64,000 nucleotides of DNA, taken from positions 620,001 to 684,000 of the forward strand of contig JAYWIR010000049.1 of assembly GCA_036172245.1 (NCBI GenBank). Direction: 5' to 3'. Below, one piece after another: positions 45,648-63,118 of this stretch. The notes under the pieces were generated by a model that did not search any database, was not told the DNA's origin, and saw only the letters and a program-made list of their open reading frames with translations. Each line of letters starts with the position of its first letter. Within the stretch, counting starts at the first letter, position 1. The position numbers and the translations under genes were made by a program. This stretch comes from Raillietiella orientalis. Lineage: Eukaryota.

Positions 45648-48609
45648 CCTACAAGCAAGAGACATTTTTCAAAATAACTTGGCAATAAATAAATGGCAAC
45701 AGCATTTGCCTATCATCAACTCATGTTCAAATAATACCATCAACAGGGAAAACTAGATAAACGTACTCTTATTCAAGGCTCCCTCATTTTATGATCAACG
45801 TTTTCAACATGCAATAACAGAATACCTAACATGAAAGCTTGAAAAACAATACAAAAAAATACTTACATAAAATAAATTTCACATATCAGAAAAAAATACT
45901 TTCTTGAAAGAAGAGTAATTGAACATTGTATACGTATGTAATCCAAAGAGCCAATATATTGATACACTACCTATAACCATCTTCAAAGCAAATACTTTCC
46001 TGTATTGCTATTAATCCTTTGATAAAGATGCTTATTTTCATTTCCTAAAAAATTCATGAATGTTTAACGGATTCTACATCAATTAAAAACCTAAATGCTT
46101 TTTCCATAAATAATTTTTTTTTGAAGTTTACAACAATTATGTTATTTTGCTTTGCGACTTATCTACTGCAGTGATTTTTACCGGTATCACTAAAACGGGA
46201 GTTTAAAATAAGCATGCGTAAAGATTATGTTTGACAAAACTTAACAACATTCTTATGTTATATGGTAAATATATGCAAGCAAACACAGAACTTATGATAA
46301 ATCACCTTGTATTTCATACACTGTACGAATGCTTTCATCTCTAAAGCATACCGAAATTCACGAACTTCGCTGCCAAGAGCATAACGATGAATAGTGCAAA
46401 AATATAAAATTTATGGATACTGAACAGTCATGTCTGTAAGAAAACTGTTAATATTAATTCAGTGATGGACAACTTAATTAATAAATCTCAAATCAGGAAA
46501 AAATAATTAATTGCAAGACTTCAATTTCATAACTTACTGAAAAGATTTATATTAGTTCAAAGGTTTGTACCTGTATTTTCAAACTGAACATATGAATGAT
46601 CAGGATTTCGATCATAATAATGTGCAAAAACTTAAATGTACTAAATATGGTTCCAAAGTTTTAAAGTGCATGATTTACAGACTGAGATCTAGCATTTGCA
46701 TATTTTTAGAAAACAAATTTTGGCAGCTGAAATCATTTTTGTTTACACAGAATTGTTCCACCAATGATCAAAGGAAATTCCAGCATGCAAACATAAAAAT
46801 TTCCTAAAATCATTGTTGGGTGTTTCTAATTTATTTTAGTATTTAAAATATTTTTTTCTAAACAGTTTAAAGAAAGACTTGTTATTAGGAAGGAGAACCA
46901 CGATATGCTACTGTTTCCATTCACTATTATAGCTTCAACATAAAGCACAAAAATTATTTTAGAAATAGTTTTAAGTATTTCATATTTTTAAAGCCCGAAC
47001 AGGATTTCTTTGAATGCTTAGAAAGAGTATTAGAGCTTTTCTGCGCAACTTTCTTGCTTCTTTTTTTTAAAAAAAAAAAAAAATTAAATATTTCAAAGCA
47101 AAAAATTCAAGAAGTGTATACTCATTCTCAGCAGGACAACGTAATCTAATATGAAACTAATACATATACTCATATATACTGAAGAATCACGTTCGGTTTT
47201 ATTAAACAGAGATCCACGAATGTCGGAAGTTGAAACCATCAGCTTTCAAACATAACGAAAAAAAAAAAACAAAAAGTAAACTTGTAGTTCTTTGAAAAAC
47301 TATTAATTCACATTCACCTGCTGGTATGATGAATACCATTCAAGCGAGTGAAGTACGGTCAAACTATTATTCAAAACAATGTTCAAGCATGGGAATAATT
47401 CTTTGAAGTTGGAGTCAGTCCAAATATTATATTTAACAAAAGACTCTCTCTTCTTCTCCAAAAATAATATTTTGTTAAACTTTGAGAATAAGCGTTTGCA
47501 GAGTTCATAAGTTCATGAAAAACAAAGTATATCCAAGACATCGGAATGGCGCATATAAGGCAAATACTGTTGAAGACATGCTTTTGCAATTGGTGATGCT
47601 ATTTCCTTATAGAGTTTTTTACATCATTTGAATTTGGGGGAGGGAGCAAAAACATTGCATTCGCGTTATCAGGTTCGAGCATAATTATTTGTTAGATCGG
47701 CGTAAGCCAGATTGCTTTCTATGTTATTCTCATCTGAAATTAAACATAAGTCAATGGTTTTATTGTATTATAGTTGTTGGCATTTCAATGATAACAAAAC
47801 AATGAACTTTACTAATTTTAAAACATGAACACCGATATTGATCTAATGTTATTATATGAATAGCATTGTTCAGTTTTTGGTGCATAAATACGAAAACTTT
47901 CTGAAACTGTATTGTATTGTAATAAAGCTGAAGTGTTTTGCAACGACCCAATTCAAGAGAAAAATGTTTAGAAGAGAAAACTCAGGCATATAACCGGAAT
48001 TTTTGAAAGATTATAATAGATTAGAAAGATTACAAGCAGAATAGAAAGAAATCTATGTTACAATCTTGATAACGTCACAGAATATTTTCTTTATTTATTT
48101 TTTGAATTTCCATAATCAACCGGGATATCAAACAGAAGATAGCCATTTAAATATTATTTGCCACTGAATACAGTCTAATTCCAAATGCAATCAGGTAATC
48201 ATTAGATTTATCATTTCAAGATTTTATAATCTTGAATTTATTTTGGGACTTATTGGCTCACATATTCTCCACCTAATACGTATGAGTATTCATGAGACAC
48301 ACAAATATCCACGAAACGTATGATATACATCCTTAAAAGTATGAGTATGTTTCTGATATCAATCTAACGTCTGTGTCTGCTTGGTTCTTGAGTCAGTGGT
48401 GTGGAAGCATCTCCGGGCACTCCCATTCTGCTTGTGCTATTCATTATCTAGCTCTTAGTCAGAAGCAAAAACAAAACAAATCGTACAGTGTGAGCACGCA
48501 GTTTTGTAGTTGTAGCAAATCTAAATACTGCAAACTATTGAAAGGTTACACTCCGTCAACTACTCAATGACCCTACAAATAGAAAATAAAGCATTAGAGT
48601 GGATTTCAG

Positions 48610-49450
48610 ATTGAATTTGGAAAACGCAATAAGGTATTAATAGGAAGGAGTGTTTTAGATTCACTAATAGGCACCTGTCAAATGTGCTAAAAGATCTTTC
48701 TACTTCACTGTCTAGTTGCCTTGAAATAAAACCATTAAGGTGCACAAACACGCAAAAGTCCATCAGCTATGAGCAGAAACAGAGCAAATGAAATTACTGC
48801 ATGAAATTTGCCATCGGAAATAAAATTTGAAAATGTTTTGAATGATGGGATTTATGACAGAAATGCAGAATTAAATTACCAGAATTTCTGTTTAAAAAAA
48901 AAATTCTCCTTGGAAAATTTTTTCACCAATTATAAATACAAAGACTTAACCTACTGATTCTTTATTTGTAAAAACGATTTATAGCCTAAAGAAAATGCAA
49001 TGGATGGATACCCAAACAGACCTAAAAAACAGATTCATCAGAAATAATGAAGACTGCTTTAAAGTTTCAAAGGATGAGAAACAAGAGTTACTGAACATAG
49101 TTCTAGCTAGTAAATCAGCATAGGCAAACAGGGTTAGGAAATATAACTGCAAGAAAAGAAACAATATTTTCATGGAAAATTTCTCTGGAAATTGCGGTCT
49201 GCGGGAATGCGATGGAATTTTTGTGAAGAATGCAGTTGATTTTCAAGTGATTAGCCGATTACATGAGCCACATCATTTCTATGAAACTACTCATTCTGTG
49301 ACTCGTTCGTGGAAAGATTCTGAAAAAATCACTGAGTCACTGAGGTTTATAGTTGATACTGGAAAATGTTCAAACTCGAGAATGTAAGTACTTTGGAATT
49401 CTCTGAAATTATTCATGAATTTTGTTTGATAAATTTTGAAGTTCCAAGTA
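48610..49450 (+). pseudogene. Candidate spliced orphan gene or pseudogene with one in-frame TAG
   Basis: Phase-compatible exon-like segments 48610-48633, 48671-48739 and 48985-49383 (ends at gtaagt). The 399-nt segment is open except for TAG at 49121-49123. Confidence 0.3.
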
Positions 49451-52400
49451 GAATTGTCTCTGTGGATACTAAAAACAAGAAAAAAATTGATCAAAGCTCT
49501 GCATTTTTTTTTTTTTGTTCCTGAAGGCTATGTCATGCAAAACTTTTTAAAGTTTATTTTTGAAAGTTCTATTCATTACAATTGTTATGTGGTTATTCTC
49601 CTCAGCGAAAGTAAAAGCAAATACAATCAAAACTATGAAGTCATAAATTTTGATTAGATACTCTGTATAATTTTGTTTGGAAACGCTCATTCTTATTGAC
49701 TGCTTGTTTGTCATGCTAGTGCATCTCGGATAATCCTTAGAATGAAAAAAAAAAAGATAAAGAGATAAGTACAATTAAAAACATGAGTAATTGGATACCT
49801 AAGCGGAAACAATTTTCATTTATTCATCTACATTACAAAAAAGTTGGAAAAATCCTTGTTTCAAAATTTTTGTTTGAAAAGTTTTTTTTAAGCAAAATAG
49901 TGTATTTTATTCTGATATGTGACATAATAAATAACAAATTGATACTTTTTATAGATTTGCTACCTATTATTACATCATAAACATATTTTCAGTTGAACGG
50001 ATGTATTCTCAGAAAAACATATCTATGTAAGCAATTTTGGGGGAAAGATTTAGTCTCCAAATGGATGCTTAATGAACTTGGAAGTTCATGTTATTGATAT
50101 ATATGAAGTTATATTCTAGTCAGTATTCACGTTTCATCCATGTGTAATGATATGGTTTCTTGTTTTAAAAGCTAACCTACAAACATTACTAATCATAAGG
50201 AATGTTCAGTGTTTGCGCAGTCAAGATAGCTGCTCGTTCTGGCAACCCTGTAATGGAAATCAGTGCTATTCAAAGAAAATTAACATGCAAGAAAATTCGT
50301 GTGTTTAAATAATGCAGCAAGTTTCAATAGATATTACACTAACAATATCCAATACTCTTTTTAAAAAAATCATATTTTCGTTTAAAAAGGCAAGTCCAAT
50401 CAAAGGTACATTTTGCAGTTCTCTTGACAATAGTATCCTTTCATTCCTTCCAAATCTTGTTTCTTTACAATTGTTTGCGTTTCTTTTACAATTGCGATAC
50501 AAGACTTCTCCAAGTTGTAAAAGATCTTGGTTTCTAAATAGGGTTCTATATGAGTTGCTTTTGATTTCTATTTGCATTTCGACTTTCATGAATCGATCTC
50601 AGTATATTGGACGTCTTGTTTGTTTCCCTTTATTGTTTTCAGATATTTTCGTTGAAGAAACAAATGCGAGAGAACATTTGCTTCAAAGAACTATTCAGTC
50701 AGACTTTAGTTATGGAGATCTCACTGAATGAGTTTTTGTGCAATGTTTGGCTAATGGGAACAACGGAAAAAGAGCAAATCCATGATTTATGCAACTGAGT
50801 AGCATCATTAGAGCACTTCCTGTCTTGTATGTGGCCTATGATAATGATGATCGAGTTAAATGAAATGAAAGACTTATATACGATGGAACCATTTATTTTT
50901 AACTTTGAGGGTCAGTTGATCGACTGAAGTACAGGAATTCAAATTTTGGAATCCTGCGTTATTATAAGTATATTATACCTTATGACTAAGGAATCCTGGG
51001 CAAGAATTTCTTCCACAGAAATTCGAGGAAAAAGACGACACACATTCTGGCCACAGGATGTTGTTGTAAATTCCATTCACTGAGTTTAGATCCTTTCAAT
51101 ATTAAGAAAAGGTGACAAGCTTCTTTCTCGGGAAAAAGCGAGAGTTCATTTTTCTGGCCAACTTGTGTAAAAAGATTAGTACTGAAAACTTTGGTCAACG
51201 CATTACATCACGATAGTTGGAGCGATGTGTTGAGAAACGGAAAAGAGCTGAGACTGCGGGTGGAAACGTTGAATGGGTTTTGGTGTGAGGCAAATCTTAG
51301 AAGCACTTTGGTTCATTGTTCGACTTCAGTATTATTTCGACAACCGGAGTGACAGTGGCCATCTTCAATGACTCGCCTATTAAGCAGTTTTATCCTATTG
51401 TACAGCTTCATTCCTGTACAAGTGATCTTTTCCCAACAGTACCAGTTCGTTTCTATAGGAGGTGGACCAAACTATAGCAGTTTGACGATTACATATAAGA
51501 TGCACTTTTATCCATTTAATTGGAGCTACTGACGATCAGAGCAGAGAATTTTGAGAAGAAAAATGACATAATGAAAGCAATATTTGGAGTTTCGGGAACA
51601 AATCATTGACTTAATGGAGTTTGGAAGGAAGTGTGACACAAAGTTGTCCTTGATAAATCAGGAAATGCGATTCCTACGATGAGAAGCGGTCTGAAAAATG
51701 GCCAGTGGGCCTCAAGTGATACAACACGAGTGGTACAATACGAAAATCATTGAGTAGGAATGGTGAACCCCTAAGGAACAAAGCACTGCAAACCTCTTGG
51801 AATGTTGAAAATAATGGCAGATTCTTCAGCGAGGAAGAGTTTTCCCTGGAGAGATTGCCTCATTGTCTAAATAAGAGGATTTGTGTATTGGAGCCACTAT
51901 CAGAAGGTGATCTGAACCTGAACGAATCTGGATAATGAAAAGGGTAGTGTTAAGAGCTTTGAACTGCTACAGGTAGATGCTGTCCCATAAAGAAGGCAAG
52001 GCAGTCGATCTTGGAAGCTGGTTTCACGAACGATTGGTCAATCAATTGATCAACATCTTATTTTATTTTGGACCACCTGAAGTTTTCTGTTGTACACATC
52101 TATTTACATAACCTGCTCTAAACTGTTTACATAATTTGTCCGATAACGCACGGTTCTTTTTGAATAAAGAATTTGGTGAAGCATGTCGAACAGTATGCAT
52201 TTTTTTTTTTTTTTTTTTTCTTACTGTAGCGACAATTTCATATTTTTCCCGTGGTATTTCTATCTTCGATTAAGAATCCTGAAAAGTTAACCTTTCCTTA
52301 GTATACAGGGAAGCATTTCTTATGATCCATCTTCGTTACTGTATTTGTTTTCATGGTATCCTAATACTTTGGGACAGTTGACAGACATGTAATTATAAAA

Positions 52401-55192
52401 TTAGCTCTCGCTTATGTTACTACCTATCCGGATTGATTTGATGTATTCCTAAATTTCTATCTTCGCTACGTTCAGGAATTTCTTTTTTAGTTAGTGTTGT
52501 TATCATATCACCTTTGAGTATCTCTGCACTGATCAGACTTTTAGACTGCTTATTTTCTTGAATTTTTTCGTACAGCTCGGATATACCTAGTCATAGTCAC
52601 AGCAGTCATTCAAAGGTTGGTGTCAATGCTCATCAATAAGAGTTTGATGTATATTTAATAAACATGTGCGTTTATTTGCTATTTTTGAGTGACTGTCCCC
52701 TTGACTTTGGAATCAGAAGGTTCGGGCTGAAGGGAACAAGAGGATTTTGTTTTTCAAATACAACGTAGTCAATTGAATGGTTGTGTAAGAAATCATGCCT
52801 ACATAAAATCAGTTCAGCATCTGCGTTTCTTTTTCTCTCTTTCTTGCTTTTTTTTCCCAGAGCTCTCATGTGTGAAAGTTTACACGCATTGTATTCTGAT
52901 CATACCTCAGGGTTCATGGACTGGAATATGTGATATTTTATGATTATCCGCTGAATTCTTCACGAATTGACATGTGTTACCATTGATGAATCGGGTTTCT
53001 CGCCATGTTTTATATTCAGTTTTGCTCTCGACACCTAAATCCCTATAGGTAATCTGTCGGTTTTCAGTTTAAATGTTTGCATTGATCGAAAAAAAAGAAA
53101 GAAAGAAAAGCTCGCTACAGCAAAAGTGGAAATGTTACCGACTCTTTGTACTTTCATATTCGTATTATTTACATTTGTCTGAGCATTCCACAGTTTGTCC
53201 AGTCTTCCTCTTTTTAGCATGGAAGCATTTTTTTTTCTCCATGTAGTTCATCAATGTTCTCTAAAAGGAAAAATGGGCATGTTTAAATGACTCAGAATAA
53301 ACTCTAATTTTATAAAGACCAAGAAGGCATAAGATTAATGGAGCATAAGATTATGTTTGAGATTGGAATATCTCTTCGGAAAAAATAGTCGTTGATTTTA
53401 AAAATTCAATTTATTCAGAAAGTACAAATTTTCAACCTGGAATTTTCATGATAATGAACACAAATACAAAAATTAAAATAACTGGAAGTTCCAAGGCAAG
53501 CTAAAGCCAATGGTGAGTTCCATGCTCTTGAATTTATGAAACACATAAAGGACCTCGCTCTCTGCACATGAGGTTTCTGTTTTCACTTGTTCAATACCCT
53601 TTGAACCTCAGATTTTTGATTTTTATGCTCAATGAAAAATCAGAAAATTAGTCATCTAAATTCTTTCATGAAAATATAAAAAAGCCAAAGTAGGTAATTT
53701 CTTCATTAGTTGTTGAAATTCATATTTTTTTATTTTTTTAGCTGAGCTTCTATTTAACCCTTTGGCGTTCCCAGTCGATAGCTTTCCAGGTTTCATTCTC
53801 AGTAGGAAAAAAAACAAAGCAGAATTTTGCATTTCTAATGCTGTTCTTTTACAGACAGTTGACTTAAAGGAAACATATGAAATGAGGGATAAAATAAATT
53901 GCCTATCCTAATATTAGTTTGTTAAACCAATCTGTAATCGAAATGAAACAGCATTTTCATCCTTTGAGATTTGCCTCTGATTTTTAACATGCAACTTCAA
54001 GACTTCAAGCCAATCGGAATTTCTATTGTAAAGGTGAGATTTCTAGAAATCGAACCAAGTATGTAACTTAATTCAATAGTATTTCATCCTCTTTTCAAAA
54101 TTTGGCTATGTGTTAATTTGACTTGTCATCAGATCTACTTGTCCCTTTGATGGAATCCCCTGAGTTTACTGATCTCCACATCGTGGATGTAGTAAAGATT
54201 TTCCGAGTGACTCATTTTGAAGCCAAGAGTTTCTGCGAGGAACTCTACTATTCCAAAATTTGAAAACCCCCCAAAAATCTCAAATGCTCCGATCAAGCTG
54301 ATGGGATTTTCTGCGTAACTGCACGATACGCTTTCGAATGATTTGTGCTTTATACAGCTAACTCTACTTCGTCGGTTATCAAAGCATCCAGATGAAATCC
54401 AGCCAAATTTTTAAAAGTCATCTTCCAAAAAGTTTTATAATACATCATATTCTATTATGCTTAATTGATTACAGCAAGATTCTTCCGGATGCCCGAAAAC
54501 GTAAATTTGAAATATACATCTTAGCAGAACCCTTTGATTATACAAGAATTGCGAGCTGTCCACAATCATGGTATCCATATACACTATGGCTTTTCGTTTG
54601 TTAATTTAAAATGACTTTAAACTGACTTAGCCGTGTGCGTTCAAGAAATCGTAAAATTACCACAGGTCCATACTGCTTGAAATTAGGTAAGGGTTACGAT
54701 GCGGAAGTAGAATCCACATACGTTATTGTAATTGAATGGGAAACGTCATTAAGTCTAAAGCTAGAAACTCTTTATCTTTTAGTGGATTAAGAGATTCTCG
54801 TTTGCTTATAAGAGGTTACATGAGGCTTTCTTTTGGATCAGAAACTTTGATTTCTTAGAATCCTCATATGAAGTCAAATAAAACAAGATTAGCACAGGAG
54901 AATAGCGTGAAATAGGAAAACATTAGATTTATTGGAAATTGGACTAGACAGGGCCTCCTAGACTGTGCATTATGAACATTCCTTATGAAGCTTGAGTTCT
55001 ACGTAATCTGAAGAAAATCAGATTTTAAACAAAGCAAACTTTTTGCGTGGATAGTTAGCATACATACGCACTCTAGTTGAATTCACATTTAGAAATTTTC
55101 ATCGTTTGGATATAAAGAGTATGAAGAGATACAAAGAGAATTAAGCACACATTATAGCCAATAACAGGGAAGCATGGTTTGAAAGCCTAAGT

Positions 55193-55488
55193 ACGCGTTT
55201 CCCAAACTTTTCCTATGACGGGACACCTCACAAATCCTGAAATTTTAACAGAACACCTTGGTTATTTTATAGGGTAGGTAGGTAGATATTTTAATAACAA
55301 ATAAATGAAGCAAGTAAATATAAGAGTTAAGAAAACAAAACGAACATTTGTCCTCATATTTTAATTATGTAGAACAAAACACATGAAAATAGTGAAATAA
55401 AATTAATAGCATTTAAAATATATTAATTTTCACAATTTTTTACGGAGCACTTATTGACTTTTCGCGGAACATAGTCTAGGAAACGCTG
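55193..55488. mobile_element. Non-autonomous hAT (Charlie-like) MITE
   Basis: TIRs gcgtttcccaaact / agtctaggaaacgctg, repeated subterminal gRacac/gaacac motifs, AT-rich core. Flanks gcctaagt / acctagat resemble a degenerate 8-bp TSD of the nTCTAGAn type. Confidence 0.7.
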
Positions 55489-57360
55489 ACCTAGATAATT
55501 GTGTTTTAAGATCATGGTGGGTATTAGTACAAAGATGTTTTTGATACAAACACAGCTCCTCCATGAGATTTTCATCAGTAATGAGTTACATATAATATAT
55601 TACTACTGAATGATCTTTGCATCTTATCAAGAAAGTAACGAGCTTTTTGAATTCATAACAAAGAAAGTACACATTGCTGTTTGTCAAGGAGATTAAATCC
55701 AATCATAAAGCCTGAGGAATAAAAAGAGGAAGAATTGTAGACGATAGTAATTTAAATGGGATCTCAGGGAAACTGAATCAATGAACGAGGATTTCAAACA
55801 CTTTAGTGAACAAAAGATGAAATTCGTATAGTATATTTTACAAGATGTATCAAATTTAAATAGAAATAAGAAATTATGCATGTTTTCATATACCCAATGT
55901 AGCTAATAATATCTAGAATAGAATAAACTATTCTATTCCATAGAATAGAACAAAAACACAGTAAAACAGTAATAGATAATATACTATGCTATACATGACA
56001 AAATAAATTCTTTGCATATGTTATCTATATGCATTATCCGTATGCACATCAACAGATCTCTAATAATTTTTTTAAATAAGTGTGTGCAATTCGAACAGTA
56101 ATGTAGCCATATGAAATCGTAACATGCATATGAAAATGACCTAATCTTGAGGCTAAACCTGGAAAGAAAGAAATGCTTATGCATTTATCTTAACAGACAT
56201 GAAATTTTTCGGATTTAAAACTAAGCAACTTATAACATTAAACTTTTTGATGTTTCGAACAATACTAAAGAAAAAGATCACGAAGCGTACATCATACAGA
56301 ATCATGCCCAGTTATGTCTTTGATACATTTTAATGATTACTGTAATGTCCACATTTATTAGATTCTTAGATTCCTATTCACTTTGTCTGTTACTGACTAC
56401 AAATCTTGATCATTCTGCCTTTAATTAGCATATGTTTGAAAGAATCATATCTACTTAATAAATAAAATAGACTATGATTTATATGTGAGTTATAATAACT
56501 GATCCGACACGAAGTAGATAAAGTTTGTGTCGGAGATTTATGCACTTGGCGACTCAAATGTCAATTCAGTAAAATGCATTACGATTTTTGCTCTATCCAA
56601 AAGATTTCCCATGAAATGCATTAGTGGTTTATTCAAATGTGTGAAATTGTAAGTGAAAATGGAATGGAAAATAAAAAGTTATTTAACACTTAAATGGCAA
56701 TGACATGATTTTAAAGACATCGCTACTTTTTGAGCTACTTTGGAATCGCTTTCTTCATTTGTGTTTAGAAAATTTCACAAAATAATCATAATGTAAAATT
56801 ATGGGCCATGTATCTATGTATAATAGTGGTAGAGAACATAAAATAAACACATTAACTAATTTTACAATTTCGTCTACTTTTAAATACCTCAATATCTTTT
56901 ATTTTAATAGTAAAAAAAAATCATACCTAGGATTTTCGTATATAGAAGTTTAGAAAATGAAAATTTTTATAGTAATTTTTCGATTCACGTTAGTGGCTTC
57001 ATTGTTTTATTCTCTTCTGACTATATTATCAATGAGTACTGAGGTAGCTTTTTAGAGATATAGGTCTTGAAATTTCTGGTTTTAAGTTTGATATGCGTGC
57101 AGGACATTACATCACCCTTTATTATGGTTTAGGAAATGGTTTCGGTGAATGATCATAGGTATTGCAGACATACCAAATTGGGTGGCAAATGTGCTATAAT
57201 TTTCATAGTACGATTACGGGATCCGTCGGTATAGGTGTTTTCTGACTACTGATTGTATACTTAATTAACTCTGTTTAAATACAGCATTGTATTATATTTC
57301 AAGAATTTTATGGATTTTCTAAGCTTTCTTTTACTGCATTTGTGTTTGAACATTTTAGTT

Positions 57361-57368
57361 TATCGATA
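57361..57368. promoter_or_regulatory. DRE-like element TATCGATA upstream of Arp1
   Basis: Exact TATCGATA about 150 nt upstream of the Arp1 ATG. It is a known housekeeping core-promoter motif in Drosophila. Confidence 0.45.
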
Positions 57369-57513
57369 GCTGTGGTATCGAGTCTTTCAAGCTGCATAGT
57401 GTGCAGAGAAAGCATAAAATAAAAACTCAAGTGTGATCTTGTATTTATTTGACTTTGATATAACAGAGTATGAATTCTTCCCCCGAATGAAATAATCTTT
57501 CGTTCTCATCAGT

Positions 57514-60056
<2,543 letters not shown>

Positions 60057-63000
60057 TGGAGTAAGATATATTTTGACAAGCAAGGCAAACTGTAAGAAAG
60101 CTTTGTTTGAACGGACTTACAAGCACAAGATGCTTTTGATGCATGAGTTTTTGTAAAGTCAACACTCAAAGTGCAGAAAATGCAAGGCAGATGAATGCCT
60201 TGATCTGAATTGAATTATAATGGATCACTGGTCAAAATAAATCCTTTTACTTAGCATTTTGCTTCAGATTTATTTGATTTTGTTTGTTTACTTTTGTATG
60301 TCCGTGGTTACTTAATACATGCACAAATTCGCGTGTAATGCATTTGGTAACAGTGCACCGTGGTTGTTAGTGTAAGTGATATCTGTAAGAGGCAAAAGCC
60401 TGTATCCTCAAGGTTAATCGAATTGGGTAATGATATAAAAGTTCGCTTCAGACGCAGGTAATGAATCCGAAATATCGAATAAACAGGCAAAACTTTTCAT
60501 ATTTGTTAATTGTGAAGAAAATAAAATCTGTGTCCATTTCTTCACTCGACGAAAGCATGGTCAATTCATAGCTTGCATTTAATAGGGGAATTTTATCGAA
60601 GTGAACGAAGTCACAAGCTTAAACATCGAAAGGCAGTAACTCTGCATAAGTAGATTGCGACGATGCTGAGATCTGTAATCAATATTTTCGACGTTGATTA
60701 ATAATAAACAAAGTTTACAAGTGCAGGATTTTGTCAGATATTTGCGAAATTCCGCAAATCGGACTGCACGGAAAAAAAAAAAAAAAAACGTCTCATAAGA
60801 CGCGAGAAAACTAAGATATCCATATTGATGTTTTCATTGAAAAAACTGGCAATGGCAACGCTGCATGATCAAAATTGGGCAAGATTTCCTAGATCAGTAA
60901 AAGATAAAACTACGTTGTGTGCACGAACACAATGTGGACAAAGTCACCAGAGAAACGAAGTTCTAAGTGCGCTTTTTAAGTGCATTTTTAAGTATGGCAA
61001 CACCCTTACTAGTTTAATTTGTCGTTTTCTTGTTTTTAGCAAATAAATACAGTTAGGTTAATTGAAGGTCGCGCATCGGTATGCCTGCAGCTTGTTTGTC
61101 AAGTCTCCCTACATGTATATATATATATGGATCATGAAAGTGTGCTACTAATTTCTCAAAGCTCGGCGTAAAAAATACCTGGTTTGCCACAATCTATTCC
61201 TGATTTCCCGTGCAAAATTTTCAAGTCGATTGCATTGCAACCATGATCCTGAATTGGAAAACATTCATCATTAGTTTATTACTTTGTGAGCATTACTGAA
61301 CTACCCTACAATCCACAACTGCTAAAGTAAAAACATTCGTGCTTTCAAACTGCATCGAATATTAAATAAATTCTTTGAATGGAGGCACACGCACGCACAG
61401 AAAAAAGCTAACATACGAAACAGGAACAAACGATAGAAAATGCGAGTGCAAGTTTTTTCAAACCGCATGCTAACGGTGTGAAGAGGGGGGGGGGGGGGGG
61501 GGGTGCATGCCTGATTGCCTCGGTCAGTCATACCCTGTGATGGAAGAAATCACGATGAAGATCATTTGCATACAAAAGTCCATAATTTTTTTTAGTGAAT
61601 TGACGGATGCATGAAAAATTTCACTTTGCACGCTTCATCGTACAAGCGGTTCGTGCATCGTTCATCGTTCAATCAGCACCGGGTAGTTTACTGTTATATT
61701 CTAGTCTGCATTAATTATGTTTGTTCACATTTAGTAGCAGTAATTCCACTGCATATTGTACAGCCAGCGATTCCACAGTGGAAACATCGGTGGACTCACA
61801 ACTTGGGTCCACAGCCATGGAGCTCAACGGTGACTTGACATGAAATGATGCACTGATACTTTTGACATGCAAACTCAGCAATGTGATGATCAATTGCAAC
61901 AGTTCGTAGCAATCATTAATACAATTTTTTTTTCTTTCTCCCCAGAGGAGCGATGGAGCTTTCGGATGTTGCAAAAATAACCAAGGTTTAGTCATGGATT
62001 TTTACGATTCACATCGGTATCACCCACCTCATGACCGTTGCTGTTTCTCAAAAGTATTATCAAAGGAATGAAAGAAATCAGTAGAAAATCTACTGATTAC
62101 CTTTTTAGAATGCTTCTGAACATTTTGCGAAATTTTCGTATAATTCTAAGCAGAACGTCCTCGGGATTGTTTTCGATCTTTATCCTGCCGCCATAGTTTT
62201 CAATGGTAGCAAATCATGAAATTATCCTCTTGAAACAAACAAATCTTTAGATAAAACTGCTTCTTTGCGTTATCCGTTTGCATCGTGTAGGATGCTGATC
62301 GAGAGTTTGTGCTGATTTCTCATGATGAAATTAAACATTAAATATCCTTTAATGTGCTAAAACATTCCAAAAATAAATGTTGCCTGTCTCATATCATGCG
62401 GGCAAGTATTTTGCTTGAGTGTCCACAGATTCGTTTCATGGTAAACTCATCTGTACAAAGGTACTAGCCAGTTGTATGTTCTTTACACGTGCTTGATCTC
62501 CTAGTAAAGGAAGAAAGAAAGAAATGTGGAGATGTGCAGCTGATTCTCGAATCGTGTTCTACTTTCCAAAAGGTTTTTTACGTTTTCTATTTTTATGAAG
62601 CTACCTGCGAACTTTGAAAACCTCTTTTGCACTTTATCCCTCGCAGCTTATTAAGTGGCGTTGGGGGGATCTTAAAGTGGCAGGGTTTCGTTCTCACGTT
62701 TGATGTGCATCTGAGTTTCAGTGCCTCTAAGCATCAAGTCACTTTAGATCTTCGAGTTTTTTTTTTTTTCCCAAAAAAAGCTGACACGCGCTCGTCCGGA
62801 TTCACGAAAATTTAATGTTTGAGAAAGGACACGAATGCCGTGTTCTGTACGAAAAACTCCCTGTCGACTTTTTTTCTTCGTAGGCCCGCGAAATGTTCTT
62901 CCGCAACCCACCGCGAACCTCTGAAAGACAAACTTCGTGTTTTTCGAGCGGCTCGGATGATTAGATGTTTGGATCTTTGAAGGAGAAAGTTCGATCTTTA

Positions 63001-63083
63001 TCCTTTCAGTAGAATTTGGTTTGTTTCGGCGATGGAATCTATCCTCCTTCGGAACACCTGCCTACAGAAGCCAGTTTTTCCCA

Positions 63084-63118
<35 letters not shown>

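Noticed and set aside
18741..49123. Genome-wide reassignment of TAG to a sense codon (two in-frame TAGs; all called genes end in TAA or TGA)
   Set aside because: The five well-conserved genes contain no in-frame TAG, and TAG is usually the rarest stop, so its absence among a handful of terminators is uninformative.
50640..52020. Degenerate coding-like or transposon-like stretch
   Set aside because: Stops in the plus-strand frames read and no motif I can name.
57497..57512. Minimal hammerhead core ctgatga-gaac-gaaa antisense to the Arp1 5' UTR
   Set aside because: Stem II is a single pair and there is no correctly placed NUH cleavage triplet with stems I/III; likely chance.
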